Source: an uncultured Chloroflexia bacterium
GTDB lineage: Bacteria; Chloroflexota; Chloroflexia; Thermomicrobiales; UBA6265
NCBI GenBank assembly: GCA_963724295.1
Contig: CAVRUC010000007.1
Span: 288,001-352,000, forward strand
Reading direction: 5' to 3'
DNA: 64,000 nucleotides
A program made the position numbers and the translations under genes. The notes under the pieces are model-generated. The model had not been told where the DNA came from, made no database searches, and saw nothing but the letters and a program-made list of their open reading frames with translations. Below are positions 28,069 through 38,532 of this stretch, piece after piece; within the stretch, counting starts at the first letter, position 1; each line of letters starts with the position of its first letter.

Positions 28069-29097
28069 TCAGGCGATGAGCTCGGGCCCGAGCTCCAGAA
28101 GCGACGCTCGTAAGCGATCCATCGCTGTCCTCGACCCGATGCCGATCCGGACATACTCCTCCAGCCCGGGTTCCCGCGGGGCATGGATGCGGATTCCCCG
28201 CTTCGCGAGCCCGTCGATGAGATGCTGACGCGATACAACCGTGACCCGACCGGTGATGAACGGTCCCCAGGATGGAAGCGGCTGCAGGAACGACAACCGG
28301 CGGAGGAAGCGATAGAGCCGAGAGCGTTCCTCGCGAACCAGCTTGAGCGTTGCCGCCACCGAATCGTGATTCTCGAGAGTCGCCATCGCCCCGGCAATCG
28401 ACTCTGGTTTCACTGCGGTCGACGCCGGGTCAAATGTCGCCGCCAATCCTGGAGAGACCACGGCCCAGGCGCAGGAGGTCTCCGCAAGACCGGCCCAGGA
28501 GGCGAACGATCGCAACACGATGACGTTGTCGAGCTCGCGGGCGAGTGGGAGCAAGGAGAACTCGGAAAATTCCGCAAATCGCTCGTCGATGACGACGCAA
28601 CGACAGGCACGGGCCAATCGTACGGCGTCAGCCGGCGAAACGATCGATCCCAACGGGTTCGAGGGCGAATCGATGATCGCCAGACCATTCGCCGGGATAT
28701 CCGATGCACATTCGGGTCCGACGACAGTATCGCCGCCAGCACCGCGCGCGATCGATACGATGTCAGATTTGCAACGGCTTTCCGCAATGAGGTTCGCGGT
28801 GGCCGCGGGTGGAAATGCGATGATCGGTCCCGGATGGCGGCTAGCGAGGGTACGTATCGCTGAGTCGACGCTCTCCAGGAGGTGTATCGATCCCACCGGT
28901 ACCCGGTATATCTCCCCTAACCGTCGTCGAAATGTGGCCGCAAGCGGCTCAGGCCGTGACTCCAGACCCGCTTCAACGGCTTCGATCGCGGCCGGGCATG
29001 GACCGTATGGATTGTGCGTGTGGTCGAGCCGGATGGTCGGGTCAAACGCGTCACATTGCTGAGGGGAGAAGTGCTTCGCCTCGCGACGCAGACTCAT
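28069..29097 (-). CDS. HisC-like class I/II aminotransferase-fold protein lacking the PLP-binding lysine
   Basis: IRLD...NPYGP, SP.NPLG, VIDE.F.EF, NVIVLRSFASWAGLA (canonical LRTFSK..GLAG.R), YVRIGIG. Confidence 0.75.
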   Translation of the reverse strand: MSLRREAKHFSPQQCDAFDPTIRLDHTHNPYGPCPAAIEAVEAGLESRPEPLAATFRRRLGEIYRVPVGSIHLLESVDSAIRTLASRHPGPIIAFPPAATANLIAESRCKSDIVSIARGAGGDTVVGPECASDIPANGLAIIDSPSNPLGSIVSPADAVRLARACRCVVIDERFAEFSEFSLLPLARELDNVIVLRSFASWAGLAETSCAWAVVSPGLAATFDPASTAVKPESIAGAMATLENHDSVAATLKLVREERSRLYRFLRRLSFLQPLPSWGPFITGRVTVVSRQHLIDGLAKRGIRIHAPREPGLEEYVRIGIGSRTAMDRLRASLLELGPELIA

Positions 29098-29918
29098 CGC
29101 CAGGGCACGAGTGGCAGTCGTTCCGGGGCGCGGGCATGTCCCCTGACGGACGTTTCCAGTACCTCGAGGTGAACCCGGCCGACGACTGGCAGCGCGACGT
29201 TGCGCACGGGCACTCCGCCTGGAGTGCGACCCCTGAGTGTTCCGAGATGAGCATGACCATGAATGACGAGATCAGGCGGCCGCCGATCGAGGACGATACC
29301 CAGCTCACAGTTGCCGAGCATCCAGTACTTGGTGAGAGGCTCACGACCGAGCGTCGTTGTGGTCGGTGCGAAGTGAAGCGCCGCGATGCGCACGTCGGCG
29401 TCGAGGGACAGCAGCGCCCGCTCGAGCGCCTCGCACTCGCCGCGAGCGCGGATCGCGAGCCGCTTGAGGGTCCGCGCGTGAATCGCCGCCGGCCCCTCGT
29501 GCGGCCAGAAGCCTCCGCCGCTGCCGGCCGTGCCGGCGATGCCGACGCGCGAACCGTTCGCCAGGCGCACCACGGTAGCGCAACCGTCGAGCACCTCGAT
29601 GCCAGAGCGTTCGAGCGCGCGCCGGAAAGCTACCCGGCGCAGGGATCGCAAATCATGATTGCCCAGCACGGTGACCACGGGTAATCGAGCGGTCGCCAGG
29701 AGCTCGCCAGCCGCCTCGGCCTCCAGCAGGCGACCGTTCTCCGTGAGGTCCCCAGCCACCAGCAAGAGGTCGGCGTGCTCCGCGAGTCCGGACAGACCCG
29801 GGACCGCACTCGGTTCTTCTCGGCCCCGAACGTGGAGGTCCCCAATCGCGGCAATGCGCACCCGCACGTTATTCGGGGTGCTCGTCTGCGCGACTGATGC
29901 TGGCAGTTGGCAGTCCAT
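29094..29918 (-). CDS. Calcineurin-like metallophosphoesterase
   Basis: GDLH, AGDLT, LGNHD, LHFAP, HGHAH motifs; start uncertain. Confidence 0.85.
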   Translation of the reverse strand: MDCQLPASVAQTSTPNNVRVRIAAIGDLHVRGREEPSAVPGLSGLAEHADLLLVAGDLTENGRLLEAEAAGELLATARLPVVTVLGNHDLRSLRRVAFRRALERSGIEVLDGCATVVRLANGSRVGIAGTAGSGGGFWPHEGPAAIHARTLKRLAIRARGECEALERALLSLDADVRIAALHFAPTTTTLGREPLTKYWMLGNCELGIVLDRRPPDLVIHGHAHLGTLRGRTPGGVPVRNVALPVVGRVHLEVLETSVRGHARAPERLPLVPWR

Positions 29919-30034
29919 GGAAGCCAAGGGTACCTGATCGGTCGGGAACCGAGAAATCGGCACCGTATACTTCGTGCGGGAACCTTCAGGGTGAGCCGTT
30001 TCGGGCGGAGACCCCGGCAGGATGAGGATGGCGG

Positions 30035-31210
30035 TTGGGGATGGATCTGGGTTCACGACGTTGCTTTAGCCGATGCGGTGCGTTCCGGAGCGTCATCGCG
30101 CTCGCTACCGCGCTCGTATTCTGGGGATCGTCAGGGGCGGCCCAAGCGGCAGAGATCGCCCGGTACCGGCCGCTGGCGCCGCCTCCCATCTCGGCCGACG
30201 CTGTCTTCGTCACCGATATCTCAAGTGGGACCGAGCTTTTCGCGCAAAACGCTGACGAGCCGCTACCTCCGGCAAGTCTGACCAAGATTGTCTCCGCGCT
30301 GGTGGTGCTGGAACGGGCCAACCTCGACGACACCATCGAGATCCTGCAGGAAGATCTGGTCAGTGTCGAGGAGTCCCAGGTCGGGTTGGTAGCGGGCGAC
30401 CGCCTATCGGTGCGCGACTTGCTCCACGGCATGCTCATCCCCTCCGGCAACGACGCAACGCTGGCACTGGCTCGTCATGTTGGCGCCGCCGCGCTCGGAG
30501 ATGGAGCCCCGGTCGAGCAGGCGGTTGCGGAATTTGTTTCGATGATGAACGCCAAGGCCGCCGAGCTTGGCGCCACGGCCTCCCATTTTTCGAACCCAAC
30601 AGGGCTCGACCAGGAAGGCCATGTGATGAGTGCGCGCGACGTCTCCACCCTGACCAGGGCCGCGCTACAGAATCCACTATTCGCGGAGATCGTGGCCAAA
30701 ACCGATGCCGTCCTGAGCTCGGAGCGCGAGCCCGATGGATACCGGGTGACGACGACGAACCAGCTTCTCGCCGAAGGACTCGTGACCGGGGTCAAGACTG
30801 GCACGACGGCGGAAGCCGGAGGTTGCCTGGTAACGTCATTCGCGGTTGGACCGAACGAAATCGTCGCCGTCATCCTCGGCAGCGACGTCAGCGAAGCGAC
30901 CGACGGATCACAAGACACCAGCGCCCGGTTCGCCGAAACCCGCGCGCTGCTGGACGCTGTGCAAGCTGACTATGTCTGGCTGGACCCGGAAGCACCGGGC
31001 GTGGTCTCGGGCCTCGTCGAGGAACTGTCGGTCTGGGAGGTCGATCTCGCTGGTGACGATCTCCTTCCCGTTCCGGCCAGCAACGCGGACGACGTCCGCT
31101 ACCGGCTTGTCCTGGCTCCGCCGTCGGCTCCCGAGAATCCGGCGGGACAGGTGCAGTTCTTCGTCGGCGAGCAATTGCTCTCGGAACGGTCCGCGCTTCA
31201 GGCAGCCTGA
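30035..31210 (+). CDS. D-alanyl-D-alanine carboxypeptidase (peptidase S11)
   Basis: Signal peptide; PASLTK (SxxK), SGNDA (SxN), F.NP.GL, KTGTT. Confidence 0.92.
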   Translation: MGMDLGSRRCFSRCGAFRSVIALATALVFWGSSGAAQAAEIARYRPLAPPPISADAVFVTDISSGTELFAQNADEPLPPASLTKIVSALVVLERANLDDTIEILQEDLVSVEESQVGLVAGDRLSVRDLLHGMLIPSGNDATLALARHVGAAALGDGAPVEQAVAEFVSMMNAKAAELGATASHFSNPTGLDQEGHVMSARDVSTLTRAALQNPLFAEIVAKTDAVLSSEREPDGYRVTTTNQLLAEGLVTGVKTGTTAEAGGCLVTSFAVGPNEIVAVILGSDVSEATDGSQDTSARFAETRALLDAVQADYVWLDPEAPGVVSGLVEELSVWEVDLAGDDLLPVPASNADDVRYRLVLAPPSAPENPAGQVQFFVGEQLLSERSALQAA

Positions 31211-31221
31211 TTGGTGAGAGA

Positions 31222-32081
31222 GTGACAGCAGAGGCCGAAGCAGATGCCCAGCCGGGGGAGCGGTTGCAACGAGTGCTTGCCGCCGCCGGAGTTGCGTCGC
31301 GTCGCAAGGCCGAGGAGCTCATTCAGTCCGGCAGAGTTTCGGTCGACGGCCAAGTGGTGACCCAGCTCGGGACGCGGGTCGATCCTCGCCGCGCCAGAAT
31401 CCAGGTCGATGGCAAACTGATTCGCCGGCAGGCGTTTCGCTACGTCGTGATGAACAAGCCATCCGGGTTCATCACGACCACCAGTGATGAGCGCGACCGG
31501 CGAACGGTCATGGAGCTCTTACCCAGGGAGCCCCGGCTATTTCCCGTAGGTCGACTCGACCGGGATACTGAAGGGCTGCTGCTCTTCACCAACGACGGCG
31601 AGGTCGCAAATCGCGTCATGCACCCCCGGTACGGGCTGACCAAGGAATACCTTGTGCTTACGCCGCAGAAACCGTCCGAACGCGTCATGCTGCGCATCCG
31701 CAACGGGGTTGAGATCGATGGCAAGCGGGTCGTTCCCCACGAGTTCCGCATCGTCCGCGAAACGGCCGACGGTGTGCTGCTATCAGTCGTCGTGCACGAA
31801 GGAATGAATCGGATCGTCCGCCGCATGATGGAGAGTGCCGGGATCGAGGTGACCAAGCTCTCTCGGGTACGGGTTGGCCCACTGTCGGTTGCCGGTATCC
31901 CTCGCGGCGGGTACCGCGAATTGACCCCGGGCGAGCTCACCTCGCTGCTCCAGTCGCTCCACCTGGAACGGGGCACGCGCGACTCGACCGCACCGTCTCA
32001 GCAGGCGACCAGGACCGGTCGAGGAACGAAAATTCAGCCCCGAGAAACGAATCCACATCTCGCAAGGTGCGCGGCGCGTGA
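31222..32081 (+). CDS. rluB: rRNA pseudouridine synthase (RluB/RsuA family); tail frameshifted, called ORF runs on to 32340
   Basis: ERLQ..LA..GVASRR S4 domain, NKP.G, PVGRLD.DTEGLLL.TNDG, EG.NR.VRRM; an alternative-frame tail ends at a GTGA overlap with cmk. Confidence 0.88.
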
Positions 32082-32824
32082 GGAACGCGGCGGAGCTCAC
32101 CCCGGCCGCAACAGGCCACCAGCGAGTGATAGCGATCGATGGTCCGGCTGCCGCCGGCAAATCGACCGTCGCTCGCCTGCTGGCGGACCGTCTGGGGGCG
32201 CTGCTCTTCGACACTGGGGCTCTGTATCGAGCAGTTGCTCTTGCCGCGTTGCGAACCGGCATTTCACCCGACGACGTGAAATCACTCGCTGGCATCGCTT
32301 CCAATGCCAAGATTTCGGTTCGCTCGCCTTCACTTCGTGATGGCCGTCTCTACGATGTCTGGCTGAACGGCGAGGACGTCACCTGGGCAGTGCGTGAGCC
32401 GGAGGTCGGGGCGACAGTCTCGCGGGTCGCCGCGCATCCGGCGGTGCGTAACGCGTTGCTGCCGCTACAGCGGACCATTGCCTCCAGCGGCCCGGTCGTG
32501 ATGGTCGGTCGCGATATTGGCACCGTGGTCGTTCCAGACGCGGGTCTGAAAATCTACCTGGACGCGACTCCTGAGGAGCGGGCCCGTCGCCGGTATCGCG
32601 AGGCCGCCGCACGAGGTAGCACGCAGAGTTTCGAGGCGGTGCTCGCCGAGACGCGGCAGCGAGATGCGATCGACACTGGTCGCGACACAGCGCCACTACG
32701 ACCCGCTCTGGATGCTGTCCTGATCAAGACGGACGGCATTCCCATCGAACAGATCGTTGCCGAAATCGAAGCGCTGGCGCGCTCAGAAGCGGACGCGATG
32801 GGCGACCCTCTCTGGCCGTCGTGA
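32078..32824 (+). CDS. cmk: Cytidylate kinase
   Basis: IAIDGPAAAGKST, DTGALYR, GRDIGTVV.PDA.LKIYL.A..E.RA.RR, RD..D..R..APL. Confidence 0.96.
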   Translation: MRNAAELTPAATGHQRVIAIDGPAAAGKSTVARLLADRLGALLFDTGALYRAVALAALRTGISPDDVKSLAGIASNAKISVRSPSLRDGRLYDVWLNGEDVTWAVREPEVGATVSRVAAHPAVRNALLPLQRTIASSGPVVMVGRDIGTVVVPDAGLKIYLDATPEERARRRYREAAARGSTQSFEAVLAETRQRDAIDTGRDTAPLRPALDAVLIKTDGIPIEQIVAEIEALARSEADAMGDPLWPS

Positions 32825-33552
32825 GCACAACGATCTCCGAGGGCGCCACAACCAATCTTCTGACCGGAACGTTACACGGCCGGCCGCGGACGATTCTGCG
32901 GTCAATCGTCCTCGCCGCGTTGGGCCCCCTACTATCGCTGCGCCTCCTCGGCGTCGAGAATGTGCCGCCAGATGGCCCGCTGCTGGTCGCCTCGAATCAC
33001 CTGTCGAATGCCGACCCGATCATTCTCGAGGCGGCGTTTCCGCGTCCGCTCTTTTTCGTCGGCAAGTCCGAGCTTTTTGGCAACCCGTTCTTTCGCTGGG
33101 TCTTGCACCGATTCGGCGGAATCCCCGTCGAACGCGGCACACCTGACCGCGCCGCGATTCGCCGCGCCCGCGCCGTTCTCGAACAGGGCATTGCGCTGGG
33201 CATCTATCCCGAGGGCGTCCGATCGAAGAGTGTCGCTCTTGTGAAAGGGCTACCCGGCGCGGGTCTGATCGCGCTGCAGTCGAACGCACCCGTGCTTCCG
33301 GTAGCGATCTGGGGAACCGAGTTCTTTCCGGTCAACGGAGACATACCGCCGCGCCGCCCGAAGCACCTCCCCCGGGGCGTCACGGTGCGGTTCGGAACCC
33401 CGTTCCGCATTCCCGAACGCGTCGACGGCAAGCGGGTCACGGCGGACGAGGCCACTCGCGTGATCATGTTGCGAATCGCCGAATTACTCCCCGAGCGGTA
33501 CCACGGGGTCTATGCCCGGGATGGGATCGAGGAGACCACGATTTCGCGCTAG
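32821..33552 (+). CDS. plsC: 1-acyl-sn-glycerol-3-phosphate acyltransferase
   Basis: NHLSNAD (HX4D), K.ELF, IYPEG.RS, PVAI.G; follows cmk. Confidence 0.88.
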   Translation: MSTTISEGATTNLLTGTLHGRPRTILRSIVLAALGPLLSLRLLGVENVPPDGPLLVASNHLSNADPIILEAAFPRPLFFVGKSELFGNPFFRWVLHRFGGIPVERGTPDRAAIRRARAVLEQGIALGIYPEGVRSKSVALVKGLPGAGLIALQSNAPVLPVAIWGTEFFPVNGDIPPRRPKHLPRGVTVRFGTPFRIPERVDGKRVTADEATRVIMLRIAELLPERYHGVYARDGIEETTISR

Positions 33553-33589
33553 GTAGTGGCGAGTCCGAGCCAGTGGCCGCCGGGTGACG

Positions 33590-34927
33590 TTACTTCTTTC
33601 CGCGTTTGGCCTCGAGCGGTTGCAGCTCCTCTTGATCGCCCCACACCAGCTCGAGGTCCGCGATATGAACGACATCACCAGATTCGACGCCCAACCGTCC
33701 CAGCTCTTCCGAAATACCGCTCGATTCCAGGAGCCGCTGGAAACGTTCGACCGCTTCGTCACGGGAAAAATCGGTCATCCGGGTGAACCGCTCGATACCG
33801 ATTCCGGTCACCGCGAAATGATGGCGCGACAATCGATCCACGCTCCATGCCCGCTCGTCGACATTCTCGAGCGTGTATCGGCGCCGCACCTGCGGTTTTT
33901 CGATCTCCGCCTCATTCTGCCGCACCTCGCGGAGGATGGCCGCTACGGCTTGCAGCAATTCCGGAACGCCCTCGCCGGTGACCGCTGAGATCGCGAAGAC
34001 GGCGTAACCGCGGTTTTGCAGCTCCGTCGTGAGCGATTCAAGATTCTGCTGCGCCTCAGAGATATCCGCCTTGTTCAGCGCGACGAGCATCGGTTTAGCC
34101 AGCAGATCTTCCTCGTACGCATGCAGCTCGGCATTCACCGTCTCGAAGTCCTGCAGCGGATCCCGTCCTTCCAGCCCGCCGGAGGCGTCAAGCACGTGGA
34201 CGAGAACCTTGGTGCGCCGCACGTGGCGGAGGAATTCCAGTCCGAGTCCAACCCCCTGGGCCGCGCCGCCGATCAGCCCCGGAATGTCCGCCATCACGAA
34301 GATCTGCCCGTCAGCGCCACCGACCTGGACGACGCCCAGGATCGGTTCGAGGGTGGTAAATGGGTAATCAGCAATCTTGGGTCTGGCTGCAGACGACGCG
34401 GCCAGCAGCGTGGACTTGCCGGCGTTTGGTAGTCCGACCAACCCGACGTCGGCGATCATCCGCAGTTCGAGTCTGAGCCAGCGCTCTTCTCCCGGCTCAC
34501 CAAGTTCGGCCAGTCGCGGCGCCTGTCGCGTCGAAGTCTTGAAGTGGACGTTTCCCAGCCCACCGCGCCCACCGCGCACGATGGGCGTTCGCTCATCCTC
34601 CTCCGTGAGATCCGCCAGAATCTCTCCAGATTCGTCGTCCCAAACCACGGTACCGACCGGCACGTCGACGTAGAGGTCCTTTCCGTTCTTCCCGTGTCGT
34701 TGCTGACTGCGGCCGGGACCGCCATTCTCAGCCTTGAATCTCGACGTGAACTGGAATGGCAGGAGGCTCGTCAGATTGGGTCTGGCACGGAGATAGACCG
34801 TCCCGCCGCGGCCCCCGTCGCCACCATCCGGGCCGCCTCGCGGCACATACTTTTCGCGGCGAAACGACGCAGAGCCGTTGCCGCCGTCGCCGGCCTTGAC
34901 CCAAATCCTGGCGCGATCGATGAGCAC
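33590..34927 (-). CDS. obgE: GTPase Obg/CgtA
   Basis: AGDGGNG..SFRREKYVP.GGPDGGDGG, GLPNAGKST, KIADYPFTTL.P, DIPG, NK.D. Confidence 0.98.
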   Translation of the reverse strand: MLIDRARIWVKAGDGGNGSASFRREKYVPRGGPDGGDGGRGGTVYLRARPNLTSLLPFQFTSRFKAENGGPGRSQQRHGKNGKDLYVDVPVGTVVWDDESGEILADLTEEDERTPIVRGGRGGLGNVHFKTSTRQAPRLAELGEPGEERWLRLELRMIADVGLVGLPNAGKSTLLAASSAARPKIADYPFTTLEPILGVVQVGGADGQIFVMADIPGLIGGAAQGVGLGLEFLRHVRRTKVLVHVLDASGGLEGRDPLQDFETVNAELHAYEEDLLAKPMLVALNKADISEAQQNLESLTTELQNRGYAVFAISAVTGEGVPELLQAVAAILREVRQNEAEIEKPQVRRRYTLENVDERAWSVDRLSRHHFAVTGIGIERFTRMTDFSRDEAVERFQRLLESSGISEELGRLGVESGDVVHIADLELVWGDQEELQPLEAKRGKK

Positions 34928-35045
34928 TGGTTCCTACCAATCGTCCCTACGGAGCATTGTCGGCTGCTTCGTGGAAAGCAAGACGGCTGCTATCGCGGAT
35001 TGACCCTCGCGTGCGGCCGAAAGCATTGTGGCTGCGGATCGTAAC

Positions 35046-36773
35046 CTAGTCGAGATAGTCCTTGAGCTTCTTCGAGCGACTGGGGTGGCGCAGTTTTCTC
35101 AGGGCCTTGGCTTCGATTTGCCGGATCCGTTCCCGCGTTACGCCGAAGGCCTTTCCGACTTCTTCCAGCGTCCTCGTGCGGCCGTCGTCGAGCCCGAACC
35201 GCATGGCGAGCACCTGCCGCTCGCGGTCGGAGAGGGTGCCAAGCACGTCATCCATCTGCTCTTTGAGCATTTTTCGGGACGCTGCGTCCGCCGGCGCCAG
35301 GATCTTATTGTCCTCGATGAAGTCCCCGAGATTGCTGTCTTCCTCTTCGCCAATCGGCATTTCGAGAGAGACGGGTTCCTGGGAGATCTTGATGATCTCG
35401 CGTACCCGATCGGCGTCCAGCTCCATCTCGAGGCCGATCTCTTCCGACGTCGGTTCCCGGCCAAGCTCCTGCTGCAGCCGGCGCGAGGTACGGATCAGCC
35501 GGTTGATCGTCTCCACCATGTGCACCGGAATGCGGATCGTGCGGGCTTGGTCCGCGATGGCGCGGGTGATAGCCTGCCGGATCCACCACGTCGCATAGGT
35601 GCTGAATTTGAACCCCTTGTGGTGCTGGAACTTTTCAACCGCGCGGATGAGACCGAGGTTGCCTTCCTGGATCAGATCGAGCATCGACATCCCGCGGCCG
35701 ACGTATTTCTTGGCCACGGACACAACGAGGCGGAGATTCGCTTCTGTCAGGGCGACCTTCGCCGCCTCCCCCTCTTCGATCGACCGCTCCCAGCGGCGCT
35801 CGAGGTTGGGTACGTCGGCTTGCAGAAGCTCGAGAACGTACTCCTCATCCGGCCATGGTTGAGCGACCGAATCTTGCAGCAGGTCGCGGATCTGGAGCGG
35901 CAGCAGCTGCCATTCGACGTTCCGGCAGCGCAGTGACTCCTCGAGTTGCTCCGGGGTGATATTCAGCCGCTCGGAAACGGCCGCGATCGCGCCTTCGGGG
36001 AATTGCGTGATAGGGAGCGCGGAATGGAGGCAGCGCTGGCGATCAGTGATGTTCATCGCGCCGACGGCACGCAACAGCTCCTCCGCGTGCGGCCAGCCTT
36101 CCCGGAACGATCGATAAATCTCGAGCGCGATGACCTCGGCTCGGGGCGGGCTCCCCGATGCAATGCGCAATCGCGAGTTGAGGCCACGCAGATACTCACC
36201 GCGCTCCATCGCCATGGCCAGCTCGACTTCACGTTCTCCGGTCAGGAGCGAGACGCGACCGATCTCGCGCAGGTACATCCGGACCGGGTCGTCGAGATTG
36301 GCACTGCCGGGATCCTGAGTCTGGGTCGCGCCGCGTGCTTCCACCACAGCGCGGCGCTGGTGGTCATCATGAGCGAGCTGGTCCGCCGCAGTCGAGCCAT
36401 CCAGACCGAGACCGTCATAATTGAGCGACGGGTCCGCAACTTGACGCAGGAGATCCCCCGGTGGCTCGGGAAACTCTTCCAGGAGCTCGTCGAGGGCGAA
36501 GACGTCTCCGGTTGTGGGGACTGGAACGGAAATGCCTATTTCGGATGCGGAGAGTTCGCTTCCCGAGTCGCCCAGGCTGCCATTGAGACCGGCAGCCGTG
36601 GCCTCCGCGGTTTCTTCAGGACCGTCATCCACCGTCATGGTCGATTGATCGCCGGTCAGCTGGCGGAAGGAATCATGCGCTTCGTCAGCGGGATCTTCGG
36701 CCAACAACTCGACCCGGCCCTTTCGCCGCGGATCGGGCGCTGCCGGGTCACTCTGAGCGGCGGAGATCGGCAT
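35046..36773 (-). CDS. rpoD: RNA polymerase sigma-70 factor, group 1 (RpoD/SigA)
   Basis: [86 protein letters not shown]. Confidence 0.95.
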   Translation of the reverse strand: MPISAAQSDPAAPDPRRKGRVELLAEDPADEAHDSFRQLTGDQSTMTVDDGPEETAEATAAGLNGSLGDSGSELSASEIGISVPVPTTGDVFALDELLEEFPEPPGDLLRQVADPSLNYDGLGLDGSTAADQLAHDDHQRRAVVEARGATQTQDPGSANLDDPVRMYLREIGRVSLLTGEREVELAMAMERGEYLRGLNSRLRIASGSPPRAEVIALEIYRSFREGWPHAEELLRAVGAMNITDRQRCLHSALPITQFPEGAIAAVSERLNITPEQLEESLRCRNVEWQLLPLQIRDLLQDSVAQPWPDEEYVLELLQADVPNLERRWERSIEEGEAAKVALTEANLRLVVSVAKKYVGRGMSMLDLIQEGNLGLIRAVEKFQHHKGFKFSTYATWWIRQAITRAIADQARTIRIPVHMVETINRLIRTSRRLQQELGREPTSEEIGLEMELDADRVREIIKISQEPVSLEMPIGEEEDSNLGDFIEDNKILAPADAASRKMLKEQMDDVLGTLSDRERQVLAMRFGLDDGRTRTLEEVGKAFGVTRERIRQIEAKALRKLRHPSRSKKLKDYLD

Positions 36774-36970
36774 CGATCAGACCTGCCTCACGCGAGAAAT
36801 CCGCCGGTTGCCTATCTGGTCGCAACAACATGGATAGGTCCACACGCTCTTCCCGGCCTACAGACGATGGGATTGCGCCCAGATGGTGCGGCGCCTGAAC
36901 TGTGAGGCCGGCGATTGGAGTCCGCGCGCTCCCTCGGGCACTACGGAGTCACTTCCGGGGCGAACGAACG

Positions 36971-38332
36971 CTACAACGAACCTTTCTGTGCTGACAAGCG
37001 AGGCTCTTCAGTCTGAGCGCTCTCGGGAGTGTCGAAAATGTCGCTCCTGAGTAAATCGGCGTAGGTTTCGCGCCGTCGAATCAATTGCGCCCGCCCGTCG
37101 GCGACGAGCACCACCGCCGGCCGGGGCGACAGATTGTAATTGCTTGCCATGGCCAGACAGTAGGCGCCGGTCATCGGCACGGCCAGCAGGTCACCCTCCT
37201 CCAGCCGCGGCAACAGCGCGTCGTCGATGAGTACGTCCCCCGACTCGCAATACTTTCCCGCGATCGTCACGGTTTGCAATGGCTGTCCTTCCGGGTCGCG
37301 GTTGGCAAGGGTCGCCGCATAGCGTGCGCCGTAAAGCGCGGGACGAATATTGTCTGCCATCCCGCCGTCGACCGAAACGTAGGTGCGGACCCCCGGAACC
37401 GTTTTCCGGGAGCCGACCGAGTAGAGGGCCAGCCCGGCAGGACCAATAATGGCGCGCCCCGGTTCCACAATGAGGACCGGCAACGGAAAACCGTGCGTGA
37501 GACAGCCGCGCTCGATGGCGTTGGCCGCTGCCTCCGCCCACGCACCGATGTCCACGTCGGCGCCGGACGCGTCGTCGGCGACGCCGAAGCCACCCCCCGG
37601 TATCAGAACGGCAGGAATTACGCCGAATCGCTTGTGCACCCGAGCGGCAAACTCCAGCATCACGTCGATCGTTTGCATCACCAGCGTGGGATCGAAGATC
37701 TGAGATCCGACGTGCGCGTGGTAGCCGATGAGCTCGAGCTGAGTCGAGCGGCAGATGCGAGCTGCCGCTTCCTCGGCTTGACCATCCCAAACGGGGAGAC
37801 CGAATTTCGAGTCAGTGGCGCCGGTCCGCATCTTGTGATGGGTGTGCACGTCGACGCCGGGATTGAGGCGCAACACGACCTTCACTATCTGGCCAGAGTC
37901 TCTAGCCACGCACTCGAGCAGCGTGATCTCCAGATCGTTGTCGATGGCAACGAGACCCACGCCGGCGGCCACAGCTTCTCCCAGTTCCGCGCGGCTCTTG
38001 TTGTTGCCATGAAAAATCATCTCCGCTGGATCAACCCCGGCTCGTAACCCGGCGTAGATTTCGCCGCCCGAGACCACGTCAAGGCCGATCCGCTCCTCGA
38101 CCAGAATTCGCATCAACGCTGGCGACAGGTACGCCTTCCCGGCGTAGACCAGCCGGGATCGCTCATAGGCGTGAAGAAACTCGTCCCGGATATCCCGAGC
38201 CCGTGATCTGAGCGTCGCCTCGTCAAATACGTAAAGCGGTGTACCGAACTCTCGAGCGAGGTCCACCGCGGAGACGCCTCCGAACTGGAGGGCGCCGTCC
38301 GCGGCACGACGAGTGGTTTTAGGCCAGGACAT
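36971..38332 (-). CDS. lysA: Diaminopimelate decarboxylase
   Basis: FGTPLYV, YAGKA, DVVSGGE, HGNNKS, SKFG, H.GSQI, EPGR, DGGM.DNIRP.LY, GKYCESGD, GAY..MASNYN. Confidence 0.96.
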   Translation of the reverse strand: MSWPKTTRRAADGALQFGGVSAVDLAREFGTPLYVFDEATLRSRARDIRDEFLHAYERSRLVYAGKAYLSPALMRILVEERIGLDVVSGGEIYAGLRAGVDPAEMIFHGNNKSRAELGEAVAAGVGLVAIDNDLEITLLECVARDSGQIVKVVLRLNPGVDVHTHHKMRTGATDSKFGLPVWDGQAEEAAARICRSTQLELIGYHAHVGSQIFDPTLVMQTIDVMLEFAARVHKRFGVIPAVLIPGGGFGVADDASGADVDIGAWAEAAANAIERGCLTHGFPLPVLIVEPGRAIIGPAGLALYSVGSRKTVPGVRTYVSVDGGMADNIRPALYGARYAATLANRDPEGQPLQTVTIAGKYCESGDVLIDDALLPRLEEGDLLAVPMTGAYCLAMASNYNLSPRPAVVLVADGRAQLIRRRETYADLLRSDIFDTPESAQTEEPRLSAQKGSL

Positions 38333-38532
38333 CCAGGTCACCTCAAAAGTCAACTTTGCCAGGCGCGGCACCTGCACCCTGGTTAGGGTAGCGCGTCACC
38401 GGCTAGCGGCATCGAGCGAGTGCCGGAGGCTCATCCGAGACGACAGGACGGCTATACTCGGGCGCAAATCGCGTTTTGCCAATGCCGGGTCGGCTGCCGG
38501 CCTACCCTGCCGAGAGTGCTCGTACTCAGACC

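Noticed and set aside
31222..32824. RluB-Cmk fusion or a genuine 260-bp gene overlap
   Set aside because: A third-frame tail (..RKVRGA*) ends in a standard GTGA overlap with the cmk start, so an indel in the rluB tail is the simpler explanation; a fusion is not formally excluded without reads.
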